A stretch of 64,000 nt of DNA from Candidatus Bathyarchaeota archaeon. GTDB taxonomy: Archaea; Thermoproteota; Bathyarchaeia; Bathyarchaeales; Bathycorpusculaceae. Below are positions 19,687-29,533 of this stretch, piece by piece (positions within the stretch are counted from its first letter, which is position 1; each line of letters opens with the position of its first letter). The translations under genes and the position numbers were made by a program. Below the pieces are notes generated by a model. That model searched no databases. It was given only the letters and a program-made list of their open reading frames with translations, and was not told the origin of the DNA. Location: contig CAWABA010000007.1 in assembly GCA_963780185.1 (NCBI GenBank), positions 64,001 through 128,000 on the forward strand. The letters are read 5' to 3'.

Positions 19687-21165
19687 TTAGTTGAAAAGAT
19701 TTCGGATATATTTCAAAATAAGCTGCGGCTGCTCAAACGCCGTTTTTAGTGCCCTTCGAGGATTCCTCAGGTGGTTCCTCAGCGACAACTTTTTGTATTC
19801 CTCAAGTGCTTTGGCGGCAATTTCCTTTACGTCTTCAGGGACGAAGTCAGGTGTAGAAATCAGTGGCATCCCTTTGGGTTGGCGTGCCGCGGCGAAGGAG
19901 TCCCAGTCCAGGTTTTCTTGGATGTAGCCTTTGGATTTGCATTCTTCGTAGAGTCTGGTGCCGTAGGATGGTGTAGCCATGAAGAGGTGCATGCCGACGT
20001 CGTAGTCGCGTTTGAGTTTTAAGGCGAAATCAACTGTTTTCTGCATGTTTTCCTTTTTTTCGCCTGGGAAACCGATTATGTAGAAGGCGCCTGTTTTCAG
20101 GTCAATGTCTTTGCAGATTTTTGCAACTTCAACTACACGGTTAAGGTCTAGGCTCTTGCAGATTACGTTATCTAGTATCTGTTGGTCGCCTGACTCGACG
20201 CCGAAGAAGACGCTTTTGCAGCCTGACTTCTTCATTTTCTTAAGCAAATTCAGGTTTAAGCAGTCTGCACGTACCCCGTTTGGAGTTTCCCAGCCGATTT
20301 TGATTTTCTTCGCAATTAACCCGTCGCATATGGCTTCGAATCTTGCTAAGTCAAGGGTTAAGTTGTCGTCTTCAAAGAAAATGTTCTTGACGCCGAATTT
20401 TTCGACAACGTACTCGATGTGGTTTAAAACGTAGTTTGCCGAGTTTGCTCTAAATCCTCTGCCCATGTGCAGGTGAACCGAGCAGAAACAGCAGTTAAAC
20501 GGGCAGCCTCTGCTGGTAATCATCGATATGGCTCGTTTCCTGAAGCTACGGTAACCCATGTTGGAGTTGAGGTACTTCTCCATATCCACTAAGTCATAGG
20601 CGGGGTAAGGAAGATCATCCAGATTTTTGATAAAATCCCTCGAAGGATTCAACTTGATTTTTCCATCTTGGCGGAAGGCAATGCCCAAAATTTCATCTAA
20701 AGCCTTTTTTCCTTCAAAAAACGCGGCTAACTCAGGCATGATGAATTCGCCTTCGCCTACCACGGCAATGTCAACGCTTTTGGCTTCTTCAAGAAACCCC
20801 ACAGGAACCGTGGTGACGTGTGGTCCACCTACAACCGTTAAAATCTTTGGATTAACCTGTTTAGCCATGTCGCTTACTTTAACCGAGTTTTCTATTTGGC
20901 AAGTGAACGGCCCCGATATGCCGAGGATGTCTGGTTTTCGCCGTTCAATTTCCAGTTTTATCTGGTCAAAGGGCATTCCCACGCTTAAGGTTTCGCCGTT
21001 TTTTTGGGGTAAGCTGTCTGCCATGAAGGCGTCTAATATCTCGGTTGGGTAGCCTGCTTTGGTAAGCATCGCGGCTATGTACATTAAGCCGAGAGGCAAG
21101 TTGCCTGCTGGCGGTTCCGAGCCTGGGTAAAATGTCTGCGGGGGGTTGATGAGAAGTATCTTCAT
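19687..21165 (-). CDS. B12-binding radical SAM protein
   Basis: KILLINPP, PLGLMYIA, GGPH, SRGCPFNCCFC, GVESG. Confidence 0.92.
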   Translation of the reverse strand: MKILLINPPQTFYPGSEPPAGNLPLGLMYIAAMLTKAGYPTEILDAFMADSLPQKNGETLSVGMPFDQIKLEIERRKPDILGISGPFTCQIENSVKVSDMAKQVNPKILTVVGGPHVTTVPVGFLEEAKSVDIAVVGEGEFIMPELAAFFEGKKALDEILGIAFRQDGKIKLNPSRDFIKNLDDLPYPAYDLVDMEKYLNSNMGYRSFRKRAISMITSRGCPFNCCFCSVHLHMGRGFRANSANYVLNHIEYVVEKFGVKNIFFEDDNLTLDLARFEAICDGLIAKKIKIGWETPNGVRADCLNLNLLKKMKKSGCKSVFFGVESGDQQILDNVICKSLDLNRVVEVAKICKDIDLKTGAFYIIGFPGEKKENMQKTVDFALKLKRDYDVGMHLFMATPSYGTRLYEECKSKGYIQENLDWDSFAAARQPKGMPLISTPDFVPEDVKEIAAKALEEYKKLSLRNHLRNPRRALKTAFEQPQLILKYIRNLFN

Positions 21166-21404
21166 TAGGGTACCCAATGATTATAGAGTTGCTTCTTTGG
21201 GGTATTTAAATTAACTTCTTGGCTTAAATTGATCTAGAACATTTTTGAAATTATCTGTTTTCTGTTTATTTTTACATAGTCGGCTAGCGGATTCAAAGGC
21301 TTAGTTGGCATGTTATTGTTATACTACAACCACATAAGTTCATAAGCGGTTATTCGACTTTTAATATTGTCAACTTTTAGGCAGTTAAATGGAGGTGACT
21401 TTTT

Positions 21405-21722
21405 TTGAGTATGCGAGACGAAGGCAGAAAAGGCAAAATGACCGTAGCTGAAGCAGGAAGGAAAGGCGGAGAAAAAACCGCATCAACCCATGGCCGCGAA
21501 TTTTATGAGCAAATAGGTCGAAAAGGCGGCGAGAAGGTTTCTGCTGAACGAGGCCCAGAGTTTTACAGTGAAATAGGGAGCAAAGGCGGGTCTGAGAGAG
21601 CCAAGCAGCATGAAGGCACAAGTGAGGCGATGGGGAAGACAAGCCTTGAAGAAGCAGGACACAGAGGCGGACAAAGAGTCCGAAAACTGATCCAAGCGGG
21701 CAAAGAACGCGAAGAAGAATAA
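21405..21722 (+). CDS. KGG/GsiB-like stress hydrophilin, paralog 1
   Basis: MTVAEAGRKGG, EFYEQIGRKGG, EFYSEIGSKGG, EEAGHRGG; GGAGGTG RBS. Confidence 0.88.
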   Translation: MSMRDEGRKGKMTVAEAGRKGGEKTASTHGREFYEQIGRKGGEKVSAERGPEFYSEIGSKGGSERAKQHEGTSEAMGKTSLEEAGHRGGQRVRKLIQAGKEREEE

Positions 21723-21804
21723 AAGCCCATATTTTTTAGGATTATTTTTTGTTTGATCCGTGGCAAAAATCTAGTCTTTCTAGCATTTTAGGGAGGTGAA
21801 CTAG

Positions 21805-21993
21805 TTGTCCCGAGAAAAGGGTAAAATGACTGTTGAAGAAGCTGGCAGGAAAGGTGGACTGCGAACATCCGAGACCCATGGCGAAGAATTCTACAGTGAA
21901 ATAGGCCGTAAAGGCGGCAAGATAGGTGGGCCGAAAGGTGGGCAAAGAGTCCGCATGCTTATTGAGGCAGGAAAGGAGCATGAGCGAGAATAG
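21805..21993 (+). CDS. KGG/GsiB-like stress hydrophilin, paralog 2
   Basis: MTVEEAGRKGG, EFYSEIGRKGG; GGAGGTG RBS. Confidence 0.88.
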   Translation: MSREKGKMTVEEAGRKGGLRTSETHGEEFYSEIGRKGGKIGGPKGGQRVRMLIEAGKEHERE

Positions 21994-22214
21994 ACCGTGC
22001 TTGTTCTAGCTTTTGATTCTTCATAATTAACTTCGAGTTCAAGTCGTGGCTTTTTCGCTCAATTTACAGCTTGGACCTGAGTTTCAAAGAGGCGCTTCTT
22101 TCCATGTTGCTGTGCTAAGACAGCCACATATCTTTAAGAGTCTTGTTAGGGCTAGAAAAATGAGAAAGCGACCAAGTCGCTGAGAAAAACATCGACGCAA
22201 GTTTTGGAGGTGAC

Positions 22215-22472
22215 ATGTTTTTGAGCGAAAGCAAAAGAAAAGGAAAGATGACGGTTGAGGAGGCTGGACGCTTGGGCGGAGAAAGGACTGCTGAAACCCA
22301 TGGACCTGAATTTTACAGTGAGATAGGCAGCAAAGGCGGGTCACAGCGAGCCAAACAGCATGAAGGCTCTCCCGAAGCCAGGGGCAAGACAAGCCTTGAA
22401 GAAGCAGGACACAGGGGAGGCCAAAAGGTTCGCAGGCTGATTCAAGCGGGCAAAGAACATGAAGATGAGTAA
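22215..22472 (+). CDS. KGG/GsiB-like stress hydrophilin, paralog 3
   Basis: Same repeats; 3' half nearly identical to paralog 1; GGAGGTG RBS. Confidence 0.88.
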   Translation: MFLSESKRKGKMTVEEAGRLGGERTAETHGPEFYSEIGSKGGSQRAKQHEGSPEARGKTSLEEAGHRGGQKVRRLIQAGKEHEDE

Positions 22473-22604
22473 GTTTAGTTTCCCAAATTTTGCTTTGAGA
22501 GGCGTTTCGCGTTTCTTTAACGTAAATGATGTAACAAGGATTTTGTTAATGGTGACTGCGTTTTGATTTTTCAAGTTTCTTCCTGTATCTGGAGGTGATA
22601 TGGT

Positions 22605-22790
22605 TTGGCCAAAGAGAAAAAGAAGGGAAAAATGACGGTTCAGGAGGCTGGGCGAATAGGCGGAGAGAAGACTTCAGAGACCCATGGGCGCCGGTTCTAC
22701 AGTGAGATAGGCAGCAAGGGCGGTCAGAGGGTTCGCCTGTTGATTGAGGAAGGAAAAGCGCGGGAAGAAGAATTAACGGTGAACGGTTAG
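22605..22790 (+). CDS. KGG/GsiB-like stress hydrophilin, paralog 4
   Basis: MTVQEAGRIGG, FYSEIGSKGGQRVR; GGAGGTG RBS. Confidence 0.88.
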   Translation: MAKEKKKGKMTVQEAGRIGGEKTSETHGRRFYSEIGSKGGQRVRLLIEEGKAREEELTVNG

Positions 22791-22833
22791 CCTTTTTTTG
22801 TGGGTAACTTGTTTAGGGATATGGGAGGTGAAA

Positions 22834-23118
22834 ATGACGAGTAGTCAAGGTGTCTTAACAAAACGCAAAGGAATAGGTCAAGGCAAAGGAGCAAGGCATC
22901 AATACACTAGCAGAGCAGGCAAATCTGGTCACGTAAGCCCTGCGATCGTGGAGAAATTTCTTGCAGGCATTCATTTCCCAGCTGAAAAAAAGAACCTCAT
23001 AGAAAGAGCCTCGGACAAAAACGCGCCTGAAAACGTGATGGACATGCTCAACAAGCTTCCAAGCAAAACCTACAAGTCGCCGATAGACATAACCAAGGAA
23101 ATAGGAAAAATCGAGTAA
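22834..23118 (+). CDS. DUF2795-like protein
   Basis: FLAGIHFPAEK..LI..A....A...V...L..LP...Y.SP.DI; GGAGGTG RBS. Confidence 0.8.
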   Translation: MTSSQGVLTKRKGIGQGKGARHQYTSRAGKSGHVSPAIVEKFLAGIHFPAEKKNLIERASDKNAPENVMDMLNKLPSKTYKSPIDITKEIGKIE

Positions 23119-23289
23119 TATCAACCCTAAAACCTGTTTTCTTTTAATCTTAATTTAGCGTTTCCAAGTTGAGGCGAGGCATCATACGGCTAAAGAAAGC
23201 CGTGCAACGGATGCGCGAATTTACCGATGAACAAAAGACATTTTATTATGTGGAAGCGGAGTGGATGCGTTTTGGCGGTAGGAAGCTTA

Positions 23290-23472
23290 CGGAAAAGGAA
23301 GATGACCTGTAGAGAAGCCTGGCGAATAGGGGACGAAAAAGTTTCTCAAGAGAGAGGAATCGAGTTATAGGGAAATTGGAGGAAGGGCTGCGAGAAAGTC
23401 GCTAAGGAGCGCGGTTCCGAATTCTTCAGGGAGATAGGACGGAAGGGTGGAGAACGCAAAGTGAGAAAGTAG
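23290..23472 (+). pseudogene. frameshifted fifth KGG paralog
   Basis: Fragments KMTCREA.RIGDEKVSQERG and EKVAKERGSEFFREIGRKGGERKVRK* in different frames. Confidence 0.65.
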
Positions 23473-23520
23473 AAATCGCTGGGCAAAATGTTGAAATAGT
23501 TTCCAGCGGGATTAGGTTGT

Positions 23521-23964
23521 ATGAAGCATATTCTCGTTTTATACTACAGCAGAACAGGTAACACTGAGAGGATGGCAAAAGCCGTTGCTGAAGGCGCAAA
23601 AATCAGCGATGACGTCAAAGTAGAATTAAGCTTCCACGTAGAACCAGAAGACTTAGCCGCCTTTGATGCAGTGCTCATCGGAACACCAACTTACCATCAT
23701 GAGATGGCCGTCGAATTCAAGAACCTCTTCGAGCAAGCAGCAGCGAAAGGCATAAGCTTGAAAGGCAAAGTTGGAGCGGCTTTCGGTTCCTACGGGTGGA
23801 CTGGCGAAGCACCCAAGCTTGTTGTGGAAATCATGAAGTTCAAGTTTGAAATGCAGGTAAATGAACCGCCTTTGCTCGCAAGGTACCTGCCAGATCAGAA
23901 AACATTGGGCGACTGTAAGGACCTTGGAAAAAGAATTTCCGAAAACTTGATGAGCAAGGCTTAA
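23521..23964 (+). CDS. flavodoxin (FprA C-domain-like)
   Basis: YYSRTGNTE, GTPTY, FGSYGW. Confidence 0.9.
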   Translation: MKHILVLYYSRTGNTERMAKAVAEGAKISDDVKVELSFHVEPEDLAAFDAVLIGTPTYHHEMAVEFKNLFEQAAAKGISLKGKVGAAFGSYGWTGEAPKLVVEIMKFKFEMQVNEPPLLARYLPDQKTLGDCKDLGKRISENLMSKA

Positions 23965-23988
23965 CATTAGCGGATTGGGAGAATTTTA

Positions 23989-24474
23989 ATGGAAAAACCT
24001 AAGGATAATCTGCTTGAATTCTTGAAAAACCAGATGAAAGTTGAAAGAGACATAGTGGCTTCCCTTGAAAAACCGTTGCGTGAAATGAAGAATCCCGCTG
24101 TGAAAGGCGTCCTGAAAGGGGTCTCGCTTGATTCTATAAAGCACGCTGAACTTTACTTGTCAGCCGTCACCCTTCTCACGGGGGCATCTACCGCGTTAAC
24201 GCAGGATAACTTGGATGAGCAGAGAAAGCTAGTGGAAAAGCACATAGAGATCGAATCTGAACTGATTAAGAAGCTGGAAGTCATGATTCCCTCGATCGAT
24301 AACAGCAAAGTCGTTTTTCTCTTAAACTCCATACTGGCAGACGAACGCAGGCACCACGAGATGCTGAAGATGGTATTAGAAATCATTGTCCACGGAGAAA
24401 CCATAACGGAAGACGACTGGTGGAAACTGCTCTGGGAAAACGCGCCGTTCCATGGAGCTCCCGGCGGAGGATAA
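23989..24474 (+). CDS. ferritin-like four-helix protein
   Basis: E..DSIKH and E..DERRHH diiron-type ligands. Confidence 0.8.
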   Translation: MEKPKDNLLEFLKNQMKVERDIVASLEKPLREMKNPAVKGVLKGVSLDSIKHAELYLSAVTLLTGASTALTQDNLDEQRKLVEKHIEIESELIKKLEVMIPSIDNSKVVFLLNSILADERRHHEMLKMVLEIIVHGETITEDDWWKLLWENAPFHGAPGGG

Positions 24475-24494
24475 ACCGGGAAAACCCTAGTTTT

Positions 24495-25442
24495 TTAAGA
24501 GTTGATGTTTCCCTGAATTACTTCTTCAGAAGAGTTCCATGTGTCTTCAACTATGCTCTGAAGCTCCTGAAGCACGGAAGCCAACATTTCACCTTTACAG
24601 GTTAACCCGTAGGCTTTAGGAGTTCTTCGTATGAATATGAGTTTTTTGCCTTTCAACCCTCTCAGGTACTTGTAGGTTCTTCTCGTGGAAAGACCAGTTT
24701 CCTTCGCAAGTTTTCCAGCTGAAATTCCTTCATTCGGGATTGATTCATACATTTTCCGTTCGGTTTCTGATAAGGTTTCCTTGTTTGGATCCCGCTTGGA
24801 TTTGAAGAAGAAAATGTAGTCTCTTTCCTCGGGGGTTTCTATCAAGCCGACGGAACGCAGTCGTTTAAGGATTCGTGAGGCAATCTTGGGCGAAATTAAA
24901 GCTTCTATGGCTTCAAACGTTTTCGGACCCGACAACAACGATTGCAGCAGTATTTCTTCGTAGCATTCTGAGTGCGCCGGCAGCATTTCAGCGAATTCTG
25001 GGAAGGATTCAAGCAGTTCTGTTAGTCGGCCGCCGAATGCGGTTGCGTAGTATTCGTCCCGTAATTCGGTTGCGAGCCCCACCGACATTAGCGGTTGAAG
25101 GTACTCTTCGTTTATGGTATCTTGACTGTGGCTGTGTCCCGTTTTCTTGAGCTCTTGCTGTAGTTGACTAACGGAGTATCTGCCGTTTACGATTGATTGA
25201 AGAATGTGGAGTCTCGTCGCGTTTTTCAGTACATTGAAGAGTTCTTTTATGTAGTTTGGATTATCCATTGTTTCGCGAAGTTTTCGCAGCTCGTTTTTGA
25301 GTTTGTATACTTGACATCGGTTTATGCATTCTAAGGCGCTTATTGGTGCGCAGTTTCTGCATTCAGCGTTTAGAGTTTTTAGCATCCCGGAAAGGTCGCG
25401 TGTGTTTTCTGTTTTCCGGGTTGAAGTTAGGACATTGCCCAT
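24495..25442 (-). CDS. Cys-rich N-terminus plus multiple winged-helix putative regulator
   Basis: CRNC-x7-C-x3-C followed by three wHTH-like segments. Confidence 0.7.
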   Translation of the reverse strand: MGNVLTSTRKTENTRDLSGMLKTLNAECRNCAPISALECINRCQVYKLKNELRKLRETMDNPNYIKELFNVLKNATRLHILQSIVNGRYSVSQLQQELKKTGHSHSQDTINEEYLQPLMSVGLATELRDEYYATAFGGRLTELLESFPEFAEMLPAHSECYEEILLQSLLSGPKTFEAIEALISPKIASRILKRLRSVGLIETPEERDYIFFFKSKRDPNKETLSETERKMYESIPNEGISAGKLAKETGLSTRRTYKYLRGLKGKKLIFIRRTPKAYGLTCKGEMLASVLQELQSIVEDTWNSSEEVIQGNINS

Positions 25443-25537
25443 TTGTTTTTTTCTCCTTATGCGACTATACGCCGTGTGTCATGCGGGTGATTAGTGTGAG
25501 CTTGGTTTGTAGCACTGTTTTTTACGTTTGATGGCTC

Positions 25538-25582
25538 GTCATGACACGCGTCATAGCTTATGACAAGCGTCATGTTTAAATA
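25538..25582. promoter_or_regulatory. tandem palindromic operator ATGAC-N4-GTCAT x2 next to TATA box
   Basis: ATGACACGCGTCAT 25541-25554, ATGACAAGCGTCAT 25560-25573, TTTAAATA 25575-25582. Confidence 0.7.
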
Positions 25583-25606
25583 AGTTTTCCCCAAAAATAA
25601 CCCTAA

Positions 25607-25996
25607 TTGGTGCCAAACTTGATACTTCCATGCGAGATAGGGGTAAAAACCGTTTTGCCATCAGTAAAAGCCATTATGGCAAGAGAAATCGTAACAAACC
25701 GCGGATACAACGAACAGCAGACGGCTGAGCTTCTGGGGCTGTCCCAGTCAGCAGTCAGCAGGTACGTGAACAAAGAAAGAGGAAACACCTTGGTTTCATT
25801 GGAAAGCCAAACTGAAGTTTTGGCGCTAATAAATCAAATGGTCTCCGTCCTAATCAAAGAGCCCAACAACAAGTCACAAGTCCTCGAGCTCTTCTGCCAA
25901 ACATGCCAAGCCATCAGGAAAAAAGGTTTAATGTGCCCGAGCTGCCAAAAAGAAATGCCCAAGCAATGGGCGGAAAACTGCTTATTTTGCCGTTAA
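25607..25996 (+). CDS. HTH regulator with Cys-rich C-terminus (COG2522-like)
   Basis: LPCE, AELLGLSQSAVSRY..KERG, CxxC..CxxC..CxxC. Confidence 0.85.
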   Translation: MVPNLILPCEIGVKTVLPSVKAIMAREIVTNRGYNEQQTAELLGLSQSAVSRYVNKERGNTLVSLESQTEVLALINQMVSVLIKEPNNKSQVLELFCQTCQAIRKKGLMCPSCQKEMPKQWAENCLFCR

Positions 25997-26052
25997 ACCC
26001 GTCTTAATCAATATTTATTAAAAACGAAGCCCCTTGATTTTTGGGGACCCAG

Positions 26053-26991
26053 ATGGCCTACGATGAAAACGCCATTTTAGACACAATTGCGAAGGTAAGC
26101 AAAACCGCAGTTAACATAAGCACGGTAAAGCTGGTGCATAACATTTTCTATCAGGCGGTGCCGGTTGCTGGGACGGGGTCAGGCACCATAATTGATTCGT
26201 CGGGACTGATTTTAACGAATAATCATGTGGTAGGCGGCGCCCAAAACATCAATGTTACTTTGGGCAGCAACGAAGTGGTTGAAGGAACAATCGTAGGGTC
26301 CTGCGCTGTCCACGATATAGCTGTGGTTAAGGTTGATGGGGAGGGACGGAATCTTCAGGCGGCAGAGCTGGGCGATTCGGATAAGATTAGGGTTGGGCAA
26401 AGAGTCTACGCCATCGGCAACCCTTTCGGGTTGGCTGGAGGTCCAAGCGTAACCTCAGGGGTCATCAGCGCAATCAACAGAACAATAGAGTCCCAAAGCG
26501 GCTTGATAGAGAACCTTGTTCAAACTGATGCGTCAATTAATCCTGGCAACAGCGGCGGCCCGCTTGTTGACGTCACAGGTAAAGTGATAGCAATAAACGC
26601 CGCGATTATCCCGTTTGCCCAAGGCATCGGCTTCGCCATCCCCGTAAACTCAGCAAAGACATGCGCCGACGAAATCGTCATAGGAGGCACCGTGAAAAGG
26701 CCATGGCTTGGAATAGTTGGCTTAACTCTGAATAGACAGATCGCAGGTTACTATGGGCTGCCTGTGGACCACGGAGTCTTAGTTGCCCGGGTCGCCGAGG
26801 GTAGCCCTGCGGAATCCGCTGGAATGGCTGAAGGGGACATCATCTTGGAAATAAGCAACGCTGAAACGCGGAGAATCGAAGATTTGGTCGACGAGATTCA
26901 TGGGAAGAGAGTCGGCGAAGTCGTTAGAATCCTTGCGGTACGTAACGGCAGGAAACATTTGTTTGAGTTAAAACTGAGTGAGGCGCCTTAG
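26053..26991 (+). CDS. HtrA/DegP-like serine protease with PDZ
   Basis: TNNHVV, DIAVV, QTDASINPGNSGGPL, PWLGI PDZ. Confidence 0.92.
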   Translation: MAYDENAILDTIAKVSKTAVNISTVKLVHNIFYQAVPVAGTGSGTIIDSSGLILTNNHVVGGAQNINVTLGSNEVVEGTIVGSCAVHDIAVVKVDGEGRNLQAAELGDSDKIRVGQRVYAIGNPFGLAGGPSVTSGVISAINRTIESQSGLIENLVQTDASINPGNSGGPLVDVTGKVIAINAAIIPFAQGIGFAIPVNSAKTCADEIVIGGTVKRPWLGIVGLTLNRQIAGYYGLPVDHGVLVARVAEGSPAESAGMAEGDIILEISNAETRRIEDLVDEIHGKRVGEVVRILAVRNGRKHLFELKLSEAP

Positions 26992-27009
26992 CGCATCGAT
27001 AGAATTGAG

Positions 27010-27444
27010 GTGCATATTTTGAGTCAAAATGAAATCAAGGAAATCCTGCAGAAATACAGAGTTATCGCGGTTGTCGGCTTATCGAAAGAGCTTGGGAAAG
27101 ACAGCCACAGAGTCAGCGCCTACCTAAAACAACATGGCTACCGCATCATACCCATCAACCCGTTCGCAGAAGAGGTTCTTGGAGAAAAAAGCTACCCGAG
27201 TCTGCTTGACATCCCGCCTGAAATCCAGAAAACGATCGAAATCGTCGACGTCTTCCGACGGGCAGAAGATGTGCCATCGATAATGGAGCAAGCCATCAAG
27301 CTTAAGCAGAAGAATGGAAAACCATTCGTGGTTTGGCTGCAACTTGGAATAGCCAACGAAGAAGCTGCTGAAGCGGGCAGACGTGCGGGTTTGATTGTTG
27401 TTATGGATAGGTGCTTGATGGTTGAACATCATCATTTAGTATAG
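27010..27444 (+). CDS. CoA-binding protein (YccU-like)
   Basis: IAVVGLS, VDVFR, WLQLGI, VVMDRC. Confidence 0.9.
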   Translation: MHILSQNEIKEILQKYRVIAVVGLSKELGKDSHRVSAYLKQHGYRIIPINPFAEEVLGEKSYPSLLDIPPEIQKTIEIVDVFRRAEDVPSIMEQAIKLKQKNGKPFVVWLQLGIANEEAAEAGRRAGLIVVMDRCLMVEHHHLV

Positions 27445-27619
27445 GCTGGATTTTCCTTATCGCGCCAAGTTCTAAGGAACAACTGTAGCGATAAATACGA
27501 TTATTTGAGGTTAAGTTCACCCGAGAAATCATTCTTGTGCACAAAGATACAAAAATGCTCTATGTTATGATATTAACATAAAATAATATATACAAATAGA
27601 ATCAGCTACCACTTTAAGG

Positions 27620-28057
27620 GTGGATTTGGTAGAATTGTACTTAAAAAAAGGCGTGATAGCCATCAGTTTCTTGTTATTACTATGTTTACTCGCCCCACTA
27701 ACATTTTTCCATGAAGCCAAAGCTTTATCAACAGAATACCCAAACCAAAGCGCCGCAGCATCCGCTGCACTCAATTATCAATCGCAAGGATACAAAGTCT
27801 GGATATACCCAGATCCAACGTCTTCGAACCCAAATCAATGGAATTGCGTTTGGCTTCCTGCCACTGATCCATCACCGACGATACCTAGAGGCGTCACTTA
27901 CTATTTTTATGACGCACCCGCTTATCCTGACGCCCCTCCTGACCCGCCTTTCGAGCTTTCTGACCAAGCACCAATATTAGCTCTTGCTGCTGCTGTGATC
28001 GCGTTAGTAGGATTTACCGCATACAAACGCAAATACAAAAAACTCCCACAAAAGTAA
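27620..28057 (+). CDS. secreted protein with C-terminal membrane anchor
   Basis: Signal peptide, Pro-rich linker, TM and basic tail. Confidence 0.65.
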   Translation: MDLVELYLKKGVIAISFLLLLCLLAPLTFFHEAKALSTEYPNQSAAASAALNYQSQGYKVWIYPDPTSSNPNQWNCVWLPATDPSPTIPRGVTYYFYDAPAYPDAPPDPPFELSDQAPILALAAAVIALVGFTAYKRKYKKLPQK

Positions 28058-28130
28058 AGAAACGAATTTACCCCCTTTTGGATGGGCCAATTCAATTTCA
28101 ATAATGGACTCAGCCGATTTTTCACTGTGT

Positions 28131-28610
28131 CTAAATAATTTGTTCCAGAGCTTTCTGAATCTCCGTATAGTTGGGCTCGACTGATGGGTCGTCTGAAACC
28201 CAAACGTAGCGGACCACGCCTTTGCTGTCCAAGATGAATATGGAGCGTTTCGCAACAGTGTACCCTTTGAGCCCTGCGAAGTCTTGAAGCTCTAACCCGT
28301 ATTTTTTGACGGTTTCGCGGCTGTAGTCGCTTAGAACTGGGAAAGGCAACCTGTTTTTCTCCACAAAAGCTTTGTTGCTAAACGGGTCGTTAACGCTTAT
28401 CCCGACAACTTGCGCTTCTAGGTCCGTTAGCCGAGTCATCGAATCCCGGAATTCGCACATCTCTTTTGTGCATGTCGCGGTGAAGGCTCCGACGAAAAAA
28501 GCCAAAACAACTTTTCGCCCTAAAAACTCCTTAAGGCTTCTTGGCTTCTTGTCAGTGTCAGAAAGGGTAAAATTAGGTGCCATATCGCCAACTTTGACTG
28601 TTGTGTCCAT
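28131..28610 (-). CDS. peroxiredoxin (BCP/AhpC-TSA family)
   Basis: [24 protein letters not shown]. Confidence 0.9.
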   Translation of the reverse strand: MDTTVKVGDMAPNFTLSDTDKKPRSLKEFLGRKVVLAFFVGAFTATCTKEMCEFRDSMTRLTDLEAQVVGISVNDPFSNKAFVEKNRLPFPVLSDYSRETVKKYGLELQDFAGLKGYTVAKRSIFILDSKGVVRYVWVSDDPSVEPNYTEIQKALEQII

Positions 28611-28665
28611 AAGATTCAAGTCCTAAATTCTAGGAAACAAGAGGCGTATAAATGGATAGTGTTTC

Positions 28666-29325
28666 TTAGCCAAACTCGAAAGCGCATGGACAAATCTTGT
28701 TCAAGACGCATGCGTCGCATTTAGGTTTCTTTGCAGTGCAGACTTGCCGTCCATGGAAAATCAGCAGGTCGGTGAGTTTCATCCATTTCTCTTTCGGCGT
28801 GATTTGCATTAGGTCCTGCTCTATTTTTGCCGCGTCATCGTTTTCAGTTAAGCCAAGCCGTTGCGAAAGCCTGTGGACATGGGTATCAACCGCTACGCCA
28901 GCGACTATGCCAAATGAGTTGTTTAGCACGATGTTGGCTGTTTTTCTTGCCACGCCAGGCAGCTCCACCAGTTCCTCCATTGTTTTCGGCACTTGAGAAT
29001 GGAATTTTTCCACGAGCATTCGGCAGCAGTTTTGCAGGTTTCTGGCTTTGTTGTGGTAGAAGCCTGTTGAATGTATGTCTTGCTCGAGCTCTTTTATGTC
29101 GGCGTTTGCATAGTCTTCGGGTGTGTGGTATTTTTTGAATAGGCTTTGGGTTACTTTGTTGACTTGTGCGTCGGTTGTTTGGGCGGAAAGCATGGTGGCG
29201 ACAAGCATTTCCAGCGGGTTGGAGTAGTTGAGGGCGGTTTTTGCGTCGGGAAACTGCTTTTCAAGTAACTCGATGATTTTTGCGACGCGGGCTTTTGGGT
29301 CAAGGTAGATTTCGGGTTTTTTCAT
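28666..29325 (-). CDS. nth: endonuclease III
   Basis: LSAQTTD, LPGVARKTAN, VDTHV, C-x6-C-x2-C-x5-C. Confidence 0.95.
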   Translation of the reverse strand: MKKPEIYLDPKARVAKIIELLEKQFPDAKTALNYSNPLEMLVATMLSAQTTDAQVNKVTQSLFKKYHTPEDYANADIKELEQDIHSTGFYHNKARNLQNCCRMLVEKFHSQVPKTMEELVELPGVARKTANIVLNNSFGIVAGVAVDTHVHRLSQRLGLTENDDAAKIEQDLMQITPKEKWMKLTDLLIFHGRQVCTAKKPKCDACVLNKICPCAFEFG

Positions 29326-29533
29326 TTTGATGCCTCTCAGAAGAAATGGGAGTTGGCAATATGAGATTACCGGGGGCGGCAATAAAAGATTTTTGACAAC
29401 TAAAACATTTGACGGTTTAACATTTGTTTAGTAATTGTTGTTTATTCTTTAAATTTGACGAGTGTCAGTCGGGTATCATAGCGCAATGTTTATATGATTT
29501 CTAATAATCTGAAAATACGTAAATTCACCTGAA

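Noticed and set aside
21405-23472. Repeated DNA as a CRISPR array
   Set aside because: Repeats are in-frame coding KGG motifs; no repeat-spacer structure and no cas genes in the window
29391-29470. TTTGAC/AACATTTG repeats upstream of the RHH regulator; also AGAGT-N5-ACTCT at 51677-51691
   Set aside because: Plausible operators but too short and irregular to separate from chance by eye
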